Source: Candidatus Poribacteria bacterium
GTDB lineage: Bacteria; Poribacteria; WGA-4E; WGA-3G
Assembly: GCA_028820845.1 (NCBI GenBank)
Contig: JAPPII010000010.1
Span: 15,537 to 79,536, forward strand
Reading direction: 5' to 3'
DNA length: 64,000 bases
Below are positions 38,931-46,823 of this stretch, piece by piece (positions within the stretch are counted from its first letter, which is position 1; every line of letters starts with the position of its first letter). Below the pieces are notes generated by a model. The model ran no database searches. It worked only from the letters and a program-made list of their open reading frames with translations, and was not told the origin of the DNA. The translations under genes and the position numbers were made by a program.

Positions 38931-40190
38931 CTATTCCAATTCTTCTTCGGTGAGTTGAAAGTCGAAGACCGCTTCCCCATCTTCCGTTCCACCAACTTCC
39001 TCTTCCGTCAACTGAAAATCAAAAACCACCTCCGCCTCTTCAACTGATTCCGTCTCTGTGTCCGGCGTTACAGTGCCTTGGACTTGTTCTGTAGATTGTG
39101 AGGTCTCTTGTGTTTCGAGTTTCGGAGAACTTGCGCCGAGGATAGTCAGACCGACAATTCCTATGACACAGACGCTTGTGACCGTCAACGCGACTGGACG
39201 TTTCCAGAGAACAACCCGCTCGCTTTTGTCTAAAAACGGAAGGAGGAGCAATAGCACCATGCCGACTGTCGGGATGACAAACGTCCCAATGATCTCAAAG
39301 GGACCCTGGAAGTATTTCAGGAGTTGAAACAGAAATAGAAAATACCACTCGGGTCGCGGGTCATAATCCGCATTCGTCGGATCAGCGACATCTTCAAGCG
39401 GAACGGGAACAAATAGGGCGACAGATGCAAGGACTGCAAAGAGGATCAACATGCCGACAACATCTTCAAATACCTGATCGGGATAGAACGGTTTCCCAGT
39501 CTTCATCTCTTCTGGCGTGTTTTCCGGTTTACCTGAAGAACCGTAATATCGGACGAAGAAGAGATGCACACCGACCAAGCCGAAAGCTAACCACGGCAAC
39601 CAGATGGTGTGAAGTGCGTAGAACCTCGACAGCGTCACGGCACCTATCTCTGCGCCACCGCGCATCACCTTCGCGACAAAATCACCTAACACGGGCGCAG
39701 TGCTGGCGATTTCCACACCGACAACCGTTGCCCAATACGCCTTCTCGTCCCACGGGAGCAGGTAGCCTGTAAATCCGAAACCGAGCACAATCAATAGTAG
39801 GAAAACGCCGAATATCCAGGTGAGTTCGCGCGGTGCTTTGTATGAACCGTAGAGAACAACACGGAGCAGATGCAGAAACACGATGATGACCATCGCGCTC
39901 GCGCCCCAATGGTGCAAGCCCCGCACGAAGGCACCGAACGGAACCTCTTCGCTGATATAGGTTACGGCGTTATGGGCGTGTTCGGGTGAGGGTGAATAGT
40001 ATAACGCAAGGAAAGCACCTGTGACAGCTTGAAGGAGGAGCAGAAACATCGCCAAGCTACCGAGCGAGAATAGCAGATTAATATGTTTCGGCAGCGGTTT
40101 GCGGAGGTGTCTGTCCACCGACTCTAATGGAAGGCGTTCACGCATAAACGCCATCCACCCTTCCGACCTTCCATCCTTCCGACCTTCCAT
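38931..40190 (-). CDS. Cytochrome b (bc-complex type) with acidic repeat tail
   Basis: Heme-ligand contexts GLHHWGASAMVIIVFLHLLR and FYALHTIWLPW...GVHLFFV. The true start may be MAFMRERL (M13). Confidence 0.85.
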   Translation of the reverse strand: MEGRKDGRSEGWMAFMRERLPLESVDRHLRKPLPKHINLLFSLGSLAMFLLLLQAVTGAFLALYYSPSPEHAHNAVTYISEEVPFGAFVRGLHHWGASAMVIIVFLHLLRVVLYGSYKAPRELTWIFGVFLLLIVLGFGFTGYLLPWDEKAYWATVVGVEIASTAPVLGDFVAKVMRGGAEIGAVTLSRFYALHTIWLPWLAFGLVGVHLFFVRYYGSSGKPENTPEEMKTGKPFYPDQVFEDVVGMLILFAVLASVALFVPVPLEDVADPTNADYDPRPEWYFLFLFQLLKYFQGPFEIIGTFVIPTVGMVLLLLLPFLDKSERVVLWKRPVALTVTSVCVIGIVGLTILGASSPKLETQETSQSTEQVQGTVTPDTETESVEEAEVVFDFQLTEEEVGGTEDGEAVFDFQLTEEELE

Positions 40191-40194
40191 CCTG

Positions 40195-40683
40195 CTACGT
40201 CTCCTTCACGTATAAAATACCGGCTTCCACTTTGGTCTCGAGTCTCTGCAACGGCTCTGGCGGCGGACCCGCAACAACCGCGCCAGTCTTATCGAATATC
40301 GCACCGTGACACGGACAGAGGAAAGATTCCTTCTGCTCATCCCACCGGACGAGACAACCGAGGTGCGAACAGGTACGCGAGAAAACGCTCCACTCCCCAT
40401 TGCCGGTGTCGGTTACATAGACGGAACGTTTTTTCGTCGCTTGAACCCAGCCGTCTTTCGCGGTGAAGGTGTAATCTACCTTTTTAAAGCGACTGTTTCT
40501 CAGCCGATCAGCGAGTCCCAAATCGACCCATTTCGATTCCGGCTTCTTAAAAGCAGGTGAGATCGCAAAACCGATGAGCGGAATTCCGGCGGCGAGGCTC
40601 AGAATTCCACCAATCAGTGCTGTTGCGAGTTCTAAAAATGAACGTCTGCTCTCTTTCTTCTCCATCGGTTTCTCCATGCACAA
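40195..40683 (-). CDS. Rieske [2Fe-2S] subunit with Tat-type signal
   Basis: SRRSFLE twin-arginine motif. CSHLGC and CPCHG cluster-binding boxes. Confidence 0.9.
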   Translation of the reverse strand: MCMEKPMEKKESRRSFLELATALIGGILSLAAGIPLIGFAISPAFKKPESKWVDLGLADRLRNSRFKKVDYTFTAKDGWVQATKKRSVYVTDTGNGEWSVFSRTCSHLGCLVRWDEQKESFLCPCHGAIFDKTGAVVAGPPPEPLQRLETKVEAGILYVKET

Positions 40684-40706
40684 CCTAACAGATCATGGGA
40701 CAAAGA

Positions 40707-41771
40707 TTAATTCTTCCGAGTTTGGCCTTCAAAGGGTGTACGGAGGTCGTAGCGTCCTTCTTCCAAGACGGGTAGTGTGCCGTCGTTAACCATAATTTCA
40801 AGCGGTAGTTCTTTCGTTTCCATCGGCATCGTGACGACGTTCTTAATTCGCAGCGACTCGTAGATAGCCAACATAATTTCAAGCGTATAGCGGGCTTGGA
40901 CACCACTCCCGCGATGGTCAGAAATGTCACCCTCGATCCACTCAATGAGTTCCTGAAACTGGTTCTTAGGCTCTGGTGGCGGTGTGATCGTTTGCCATCC
41001 CTGTGCGTCTCCGTTTTGGAGGAGGATCGTGCCATCAGGACCGTTGCGAATCTGCCCTTCTGTGCCAGCAATTTGAGGCATTGAGACGGGTGGTTCCGGT
41101 AGGTCGCCTTCATAGATACCGCGTGCACCGCCTTCAAAGCAGACCAAACCCATACAGAGGTCTTCACAAATCGTCCGGCGTTCCCACCGGTCAGTGGTTC
41201 GGGATGTCTGTCCAATAACCCACAACGTTTCTGGGTCAGACAGCATGAATCGCCAGCCGTCGATAGCGTGTGTACCTGTATTGAGCAGTCCGGCGTGCTG
41301 TTTGGCGCGGTGATGGACGGTTGTCGGTTCGCCAATAGCTCCTGCAGCGACGAGTCGTCGTATTTCTATGTTTGCCGGTCTGTATCTACCTTGATGCCCG
41401 ATGATGAGTTTGACGTTGTTTTCTTCGCAGGCGGCAATCATGGCATCGGCTTGTCCGAGCGAAGCTGCCATCGGTTTTTCTCCGATGATCCCTTTCACAC
41501 CTGCCTTCGCTGCTGCGACAGTGGCTTCTGCTCGGGGGCCCTGCCACGTTGTGATGCTAACGATGTCCAAATCCTCTTTTGACAACATTTCGTCAACGTC
41601 GGTATAGGTAGCCGGAATGTCGTATTCATCAGCCGTCCGTTTCGCGGATTCCTCGAAGATGTCCATTGCTGCGACGACTTGGACATCGGGATTGTTTTTC
41701 CACGCTCTGGAATGGGACCTACCCATCCCCCCGCATCCGATGATTCCGATTCGGTATGTCTGGTTTGCCAT
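40707..41771 (-). CDS. Gfo/Idh/MocA-family oxidoreductase
   Basis: AGGAGG lies 8 nt before the ATG at 41771. YRIGIIGCGGMGRSH Rossmann motif. Confidence 0.85.
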   Translation of the reverse strand: MANQTYRIGIIGCGGMGRSHSRAWKNNPDVQVVAAMDIFEESAKRTADEYDIPATYTDVDEMLSKEDLDIVSITTWQGPRAEATVAAAKAGVKGIIGEKPMAASLGQADAMIAACEENNVKLIIGHQGRYRPANIEIRRLVAAGAIGEPTTVHHRAKQHAGLLNTGTHAIDGWRFMLSDPETLWVIGQTSRTTDRWERRTICEDLCMGLVCFEGGARGIYEGDLPEPPVSMPQIAGTEGQIRNGPDGTILLQNGDAQGWQTITPPPEPKNQFQELIEWIEGDISDHRGSGVQARYTLEIMLAIYESLRIKNVVTMPMETKELPLEIMVNDGTLPVLEEGRYDLRTPFEGQTRKN

Positions 41772-41921
41772 CAGTTTCGCCTCCTTTTGTATTGATAAGG
41801 ATTCTATCAATTTTTACCCTTTCGGTCAACAGAAAACTAAACGGCCCTAATCTTTCCTTCTGGGATGTGTAAAGTTTTCGACCCTAAATCCTCAAGAATA
41901 TAAACCACCAACACATTTTAA

Positions 41922-41950
41922 CTTGACAAAATTTAGCAAATATAATATAA
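41922..41950 (+). promoter_or_regulatory. Consensus sigma-70-type promoter TTGACA-N17-TATAAT
   Basis: cttgacaaaatttagcaaatataatataat in the AT-rich divergent region. AAGGAGG and a GTG follow about 30 nt downstream. Confidence 0.6.
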
Positions 41951-42138
41951 TATAGTATCCCTATCTTCAAAGGAGGACAGACGCCGTGAATCTCTCAACA
42001 CTGAACATGTCAATAATACCATTAACCCGCTCCTGCAAAATGTTACACTTTTCGCCAAATTATTTTTTTTATAACAGAAAATTAAACATCAACAAACCCT
42101 TACGGCCACTATGTTCTCTAACGTTACACACTGGACAC

Positions 42139-42164
42139 AAAATGTTACACCAGTGTAACATTTT
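42139..42164. promoter_or_regulatory. Perfect 12+2+12 palindrome AAAATGTTACAC-CA-GTGTAACATTTT (operator candidate)
   Basis: Read directly. A further AAAATGTTACAC copy lies at 42037-42048, with related boxes at 42122 and 42283. Confidence 0.55.
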
Positions 42165-42320
42165 TAAGGGTAAATTGCTCAAAAATATACTGTTAAGTTA
42201 ATACTATATTCACAATAATATCATCCTGTAAATCCATAAATCCTGATTCTGAAGTAGTCAGCATCTTGACAAACTTTCGGAAGTGTGTAAACATAAGGAA
42301 AAACGAAAGGGAGTTCTTGT

Positions 42321-43418
42321 ATGGCAGACTATCAAGATAAAGGTTCTCAGATTCGAGTGACAAACCTTGAGGCTTTCCCAATGGGTGTGAAAGCATACGT
42401 CAAGATTGAAACGAACATGGGGGTTACAGGTTGGGGCGAGATTAACAACATGGAGACAACCGTCACTTGTGCGTTGGCACGCTCCTTGTCGGAACTGATT
42501 ATCGGAGAAAACCCGACGCGGATTGAGCATCACTGGCAACGCCTCTTCCGCGCACACCGAAACATCCGAGGTGGCGGTTTGATGGTGCATACTATCTCCG
42601 CGATTGATATGGCGTTGTGGGATATTGCTGGAAAGTTGTGGGGCGTGCCGGTGTATCGCCTGCTCGGCGGTCCCTGCCGAGATAAGATTTGGAAGTATCC
42701 GAGTCCGAAAGCGATCAAGACGGGACCGGGAGGTTCCAAACCTTTTGCTGGCACCCCCGATGAAATCGCCGATTTGGTGCAGCGCGTGCGGGATGCACGA
42801 GAGAAGGTCGGTTCCGACGGTGCAGTCATGTTTGACGCGCATAGCTGCCTACCGCCCCCTATCGTCAAACAGTTCGCCAGTTATCTGCAACCCGATGACC
42901 TGCTTTTCTTAGAAGAGGCGTGGGTGCCGGGCAACATTGAAGTGATGCGTAAGATCCGAGAGTCAGTCCCTGTCCCCTTAGCGACGGGTGAGCGCGATCG
43001 CACAATATGGGAGGTCCGCGAAATCCTTGAGGCGCAGGTGATTGATATCCTTCAACCCGATGTCGGACACGGCGGCGGTATTACACAGGTTAAAAAAGTC
43101 GCTGCGCTCGCCGAGGCGCATCACGTCCCGATCGCACCACACTGCACGATGTCCTACCTCGGTCTCACCGCAAGTTTTCACCTATCTGCTGCAGTGCCGT
43201 TTTTCCTGATCCACGAGGGTTATGAAAACGTCCTTCCAGACGGAGTCGCCCACAAAACGTGGGAGATGGATGAGGAAGGCTACGTTTCGCTGCCAGAAGG
43301 CCCCGGTTTAGGTGTTGAAGTAGATGAGGCAAAAGTGATTGAAGTCGGTCAAGAGGCGGGAAGGCGGTTTACTTGGCCCGATAATAGATTAGCGGATGGC
43401 TCCATCGCGGATTATTAG
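42321..43418 (+). CDS. Enolase-superfamily enzyme (mandelate racemase / sugar-acid dehydratase subgroup)
   Basis: KIETNMGVTGWGE capping region. MFDAHS, LEEAW, ATGER metal-ligand contexts. DVGHGGGIT. Confidence 0.85.
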   Translation: MADYQDKGSQIRVTNLEAFPMGVKAYVKIETNMGVTGWGEINNMETTVTCALARSLSELIIGENPTRIEHHWQRLFRAHRNIRGGGLMVHTISAIDMALWDIAGKLWGVPVYRLLGGPCRDKIWKYPSPKAIKTGPGGSKPFAGTPDEIADLVQRVRDAREKVGSDGAVMFDAHSCLPPPIVKQFASYLQPDDLLFLEEAWVPGNIEVMRKIRESVPVPLATGERDRTIWEVREILEAQVIDILQPDVGHGGGITQVKKVAALAEAHHVPIAPHCTMSYLGLTASFHLSAAVPFFLIHEGYENVLPDGVAHKTWEMDEEGYVSLPEGPGLGVEVDEAKVIEVGQEAGRRFTWPDNRLADGSIADY

Positions 43419-43461
43419 AATTTCCCATCATAGTGTTCTGTCACATCTAAACTGAGAGGTA

Positions 43462-43522
43462 GTTCGTAGTAGGGCAATTCATTGCCCGTTTCTGACGTGC
43501 GATAAATCGCACTACTACGAAC
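43462..43522 (+). other. 61-nt element predicted to fold as a three-way junction
   Basis: 11-bp outer stem gttcgtagtag/ctactacgaac enclosing two 7-bp hairpins, gggcaat-tc-attgccc and gtgcgat-aa-atcgcac. Confidence 0.5.
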
Positions 43523-43612
43523 CAGGGTTTCCCCATCATTTGAAGGTTGACAGACTAATAGTTATAGGAACACTTTGATGAGGTAAAAAAATAATTCGGT
43601 AGTGTTCCAACT

Positions 43613-43678
43613 CTGGATGCCCGAACTTGTTCGGGGCTGTTTCGCTCACCCGCGTCCCAACAAGTTGGGGCATCCAAG
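43613..43678 (+). repeat. REP-like doublet of the palindromic unit GGATGCCCGAAYTTRTTCGGG
   Basis: ctggatgcccgaacttgttcgggg...cccaacaagttggggcatccaag. The two halves are inverted copies of each other. Confidence 0.8.
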
Positions 43679-43809
43679 AAAATTATCGATCCCTCTATGT
43701 ATTCCTCTATTTCCCTCCATAGCAAAAAATTTTGCATAAAAATTCATTTTATGCAACCTTTCCACCCTTAAAATCCCACTTAACATCACAAGGCAATATT
43801 CTTTAGGAG

Positions 43810-46803
43810 ATGGTCATGAAAAACGACGATATTGATCTGATTCATCGTATCTTGTCAGGTGATGAAGATGCGTTCACTACATTGATGCAAAAGCACCGAC
43901 GTTGGGTGTATTCACTTGCATGGCGTGAGATTGGTGATTTTCACGCGGCGCAGGAGATTACGCAAGATACCTTTATCCAAGCTTTTAAGTCGCTGCCGAG
44001 TTTAAGAGATCCGAATCGTTTTTCTGGGTGGTTGCATGCGATAGCGAAGCGTCAATGCGTTGCGTGGCTACAAAAGAAGCCGATTGCGATGCAGTCCCTG
44101 GATACGCTGCCGAAAGCCGAATTGGAACAGTTGTTTTATACACAGTACCTTGAAGAGGAACGGATACAGGCATCAACGGCTGATTTGCGAGAAGTTGTGG
44201 AATATCTCCTGCAAAAGTTACCCGTTGGTGAACGTTCTGTAATGGTTCTGCACTATTACAAAGGCTTGACCTGTGAAGAGATGAGTGAGCGTTTAGAGGT
44301 GTCGTTGAATACAGTGAAAAGTCGTTTATATCGTGCAAGGAAGCGATTAGAGAAGGAGGAATCAATGCTTCGAGAAAACGTCGGTCCGAACCTATTGAGA
44401 AGTGAGCCGCGCCGCGTTGACATTCAGACGACTGCGGCAACGGAAACGGGTGATCATTTGGCAGAAGGCGGTTTTAACTTCAACCAAACTTCTAAGGTCT
44501 TTACATCTTCTGGCTTTCACACGAAAGGTTGGGGTGGCGGCGATCCATCGCCGATGTACATGTTACTGCACTATCTCACCCACGGTTGGATTGACCTTTT
44601 TAAATTTCCTTTGGTTTCGGGTAGTTCGTGGGAACAGGAAGGCGGTTGGAAATCACGAGGGACAGCAACCGTTGAGGCTTATGAAACGGTAAATGTATCC
44701 GCGGGCACTTTTCCAATGTGCCTGAAGCATAAGACTGTTTTCACGGATGCTGATGTAGAAGATACCAACGCTGAGTTGCGAAGTGCGCTTGTAAACGGGA
44801 CGCGTTATCTGTGGTTTGCCAAAGGTGTTGGACTCGTGAAGATGCGTTATGAACATTCCAACGGTGTCGCAACAGAAGCCGAATTGCTTAAATACGAAAC
44901 GCCGACGCAGCAAGGCGAAACGTACTTTCCTGTTCAGATAGACACGCAGTGGACATACAAGTGGCATAATACCTATCGCGATAAAGCGGTTATTGAGGTG
45001 TGGCGTGTCATCAGGAATTTCCGTCAACTTGAGGATGCTGGTAACCCGGTGCAACTTGAATCGGCAAGATATGAGGTCAGTGTTGATGCGAATGAGCCGC
45101 GCGTAGCGAATGTCAAGTGTATCCTAACGCCAAAAAGCGGCGGTGGTACGAAAAATGACCGAAAGCGTTTGTTTTTTTCTATGAGTCGTTTTGGTACCGA
45201 TTGGTTGTACGATGGATATGCCCGTTCTCTTAGAGATGTGACGGCTACTGATGCGAAAGGTAAAGCACTGGTTGTAGAAGAGATTGCCAAAACGCAGTGG
45301 GTCGTTGAAACACGTGATGCATCGCCTGTGACACTCCAATACAAAGTGTTGCTGGATCACGATGAACGGGATTGGCCCTTTGGTAGAGACGAAGCTCCGT
45401 ATGCCCAAGACGATTGTATTTTCTGGCCCGGATATGCGCTGTTTATCGTTGGTGAGGTGGACGATATTGAACTGTCTGTTGATGTACCTGATAATTGGTC
45501 CGTCTCGACCCCTTGGGAGCGGATTGAACCCAACGGACACCGTTTTGTTTGTAAAAATCAAGACGATCTGATGTATGCGTACCTCGTGCTTGGTGAACAT
45601 TCTGAGCGTCTGGTAAGTTCAGGAGAGGCAGAGATTGTGCTTGCACTGGGGGGACGCTTTAAAGCTTCAATGGATAAAGTTGCGTCTGCTGTCGAGGCAA
45701 TTCTACAGGCATATTCAGGCATATTTGGTGGAACCCCGAAAGGCAGCATGCTATTTGTCATGAATCCTTATGGCGGGGAAGAATACCGCAGCGGTGGGGC
45801 ATCAGAAAGAAGCATCACGGCTCTGATCGGTGGCGCATTGGACGACGGCAGAGCGGATTTTTGGGGACCCTTGGTTGCAAATGTGATTGGTTATATCTGG
45901 AACGGAAAAGTTATTCATTTTGCTGAGCAGGAGTATGGGTTCAGCGAAGTTAATGAACAGGAGTATTGGTTCAGCGAAGGTTTCAGTAAGTATTATTCAA
46001 GTGTTATCTGTACTCGCCTCGGACTTATTTCTGAAGGCGATTTTCTCAGGAGTCTTGAACTTGCATGGGAATCGTATCTGTCTCAACAGGGCGAACGCTC
46101 CATTCGAGAGGCCGGTGAAGATAAATTAGCCAATCGAGAACTCGTCTACGACGGTGGGCGTTTAATCGCTGCCGCACTGGATTTACAGATTCGTAATCTA
46201 ACGAAAAATCGAAGCAGTTTGGACGATGTGATGCAGCAGATGTATCGAGAGTTTGGTCTCACCGATACTGCGTACACGATGGACGATGTCATCAGGATCG
46301 TCAGCCAAGTTGCGGGTGAAAACTTTGAACCTTTCTTCAGCAAATACGTGACGGGGACGGAAAGGTTACCGTTAGAGGAATACCTTAAGGACGTGGGTGT
46401 GGATGTTGAGATAGACCTTGGAGAACGGCTCCCGAAACTTGGGTATATCATCCATGAAATGCTGGGTATCGGTTCATTTGGGGGACCGCCGGGTGGCGGC
46501 ATGTTCATCCATCGATCCCGAAAGTTTCAGGATGATGACAGGCTGATAGGTATTGACGGCACACCGGTGAAGACGCGTGACGACATTAGAAGGGCTGCCA
46601 AAGATTGGAAATCTGGGGATGTGGTGAGGTTGACACTTGAAAGAGAGGGAGCAGAGATTGTCTTGCCTGTTACATTAGAAGGGGATCCGTCTAAAGAACC
46701 GCCATTGGAGTCGGATGTTACTGATGTCGCTATTAGAAAAAAAACGGATAACACAGAGTCGCAACGTGCAATTTGGTCGGGAATCTTAGGTGAGGATCAG
46801 TGA
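43810..46803 (+). CDS. ECF sigma factor fused to a ~800-aa C-terminal extension (unassigned region, catalytically degenerate M61-like peptidase, PDZ)
   Basis: Sigma region 2 (DEDAFTTLMQKHRRWVYSLAWREIGDFHAAQEITQDTF) and region 4 (LPVGERSVMVLHYYKGLTCEEMSERLEVSLNTVKSRLYRARKRL). This is followed by a continuous ORF with the M61-like WFSEGFSKYY box, ANVIGYIW in place of HExxH, and a terminal PDZ-like segment (GIDGTPVKTRDDI...GDVVRLTLEREG). The ATG at 43816 has better SD spacing. Confidence 0.8.
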   Translation: MVMKNDDIDLIHRILSGDEDAFTTLMQKHRRWVYSLAWREIGDFHAAQEITQDTFIQAFKSLPSLRDPNRFSGWLHAIAKRQCVAWLQKKPIAMQSLDTLPKAELEQLFYTQYLEEERIQASTADLREVVEYLLQKLPVGERSVMVLHYYKGLTCEEMSERLEVSLNTVKSRLYRARKRLEKEESMLRENVGPNLLRSEPRRVDIQTTAATETGDHLAEGGFNFNQTSKVFTSSGFHTKGWGGGDPSPMYMLLHYLTHGWIDLFKFPLVSGSSWEQEGGWKSRGTATVEAYETVNVSAGTFPMCLKHKTVFTDADVEDTNAELRSALVNGTRYLWFAKGVGLVKMRYEHSNGVATEAELLKYETPTQQGETYFPVQIDTQWTYKWHNTYRDKAVIEVWRVIRNFRQLEDAGNPVQLESARYEVSVDANEPRVANVKCILTPKSGGGTKNDRKRLFFSMSRFGTDWLYDGYARSLRDVTATDAKGKALVVEEIAKTQWVVETRDASPVTLQYKVLLDHDERDWPFGRDEAPYAQDDCIFWPGYALFIVGEVDDIELSVDVPDNWSVSTPWERIEPNGHRFVCKNQDDLMYAYLVLGEHSERLVSSGEAEIVLALGGRFKASMDKVASAVEAILQAYSGIFGGTPKGSMLFVMNPYGGEEYRSGGASERSITALIGGALDDGRADFWGPLVANVIGYIWNGKVIHFAEQEYGFSEVNEQEYWFSEGFSKYYSSVICTRLGLISEGDFLRSLELAWESYLSQQGERSIREAGEDKLANRELVYDGGRLIAAALDLQIRNLTKNRSSLDDVMQQMYREFGLTDTAYTMDDVIRIVSQVAGENFEPFFSKYVTGTERLPLEEYLKDVGVDVEIDLGERLPKLGYIIHEMLGIGSFGGPPGGGMFIHRSRKFQDDDRLIGIDGTPVKTRDDIRRAAKDWKSGDVVRLTLEREGAEIVLPVTLEGDPSKEPPLESDVTDVAIRKKTDNTESQRAIWSGILGEDQ

Positions 46804-46823
46804 TTTTGTAATGAGGTGAGTTT

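Noticed and set aside
40685-41335. Long antisense or alternative-frame ORFs (for example 40685-41335 -, 15040-15651 -, 48728-49354 -, 4780-5400 -, 112-642 -)
   Set aside because: Each overlaps a gene with strong motif support on the other strand or in another frame, and each has low-complexity, Arg/Ser-rich translations typical of shadow ORFs.
41986-42201. 71-aa ORF as a confident protein-coding gene
   Set aside because: It has a good promoter and RBS, but its composition simply mirrors AT-rich repeat boxes (KMLH twice, from ATGTTACAC). It is kept only as a hypothesis within the control-region finding.
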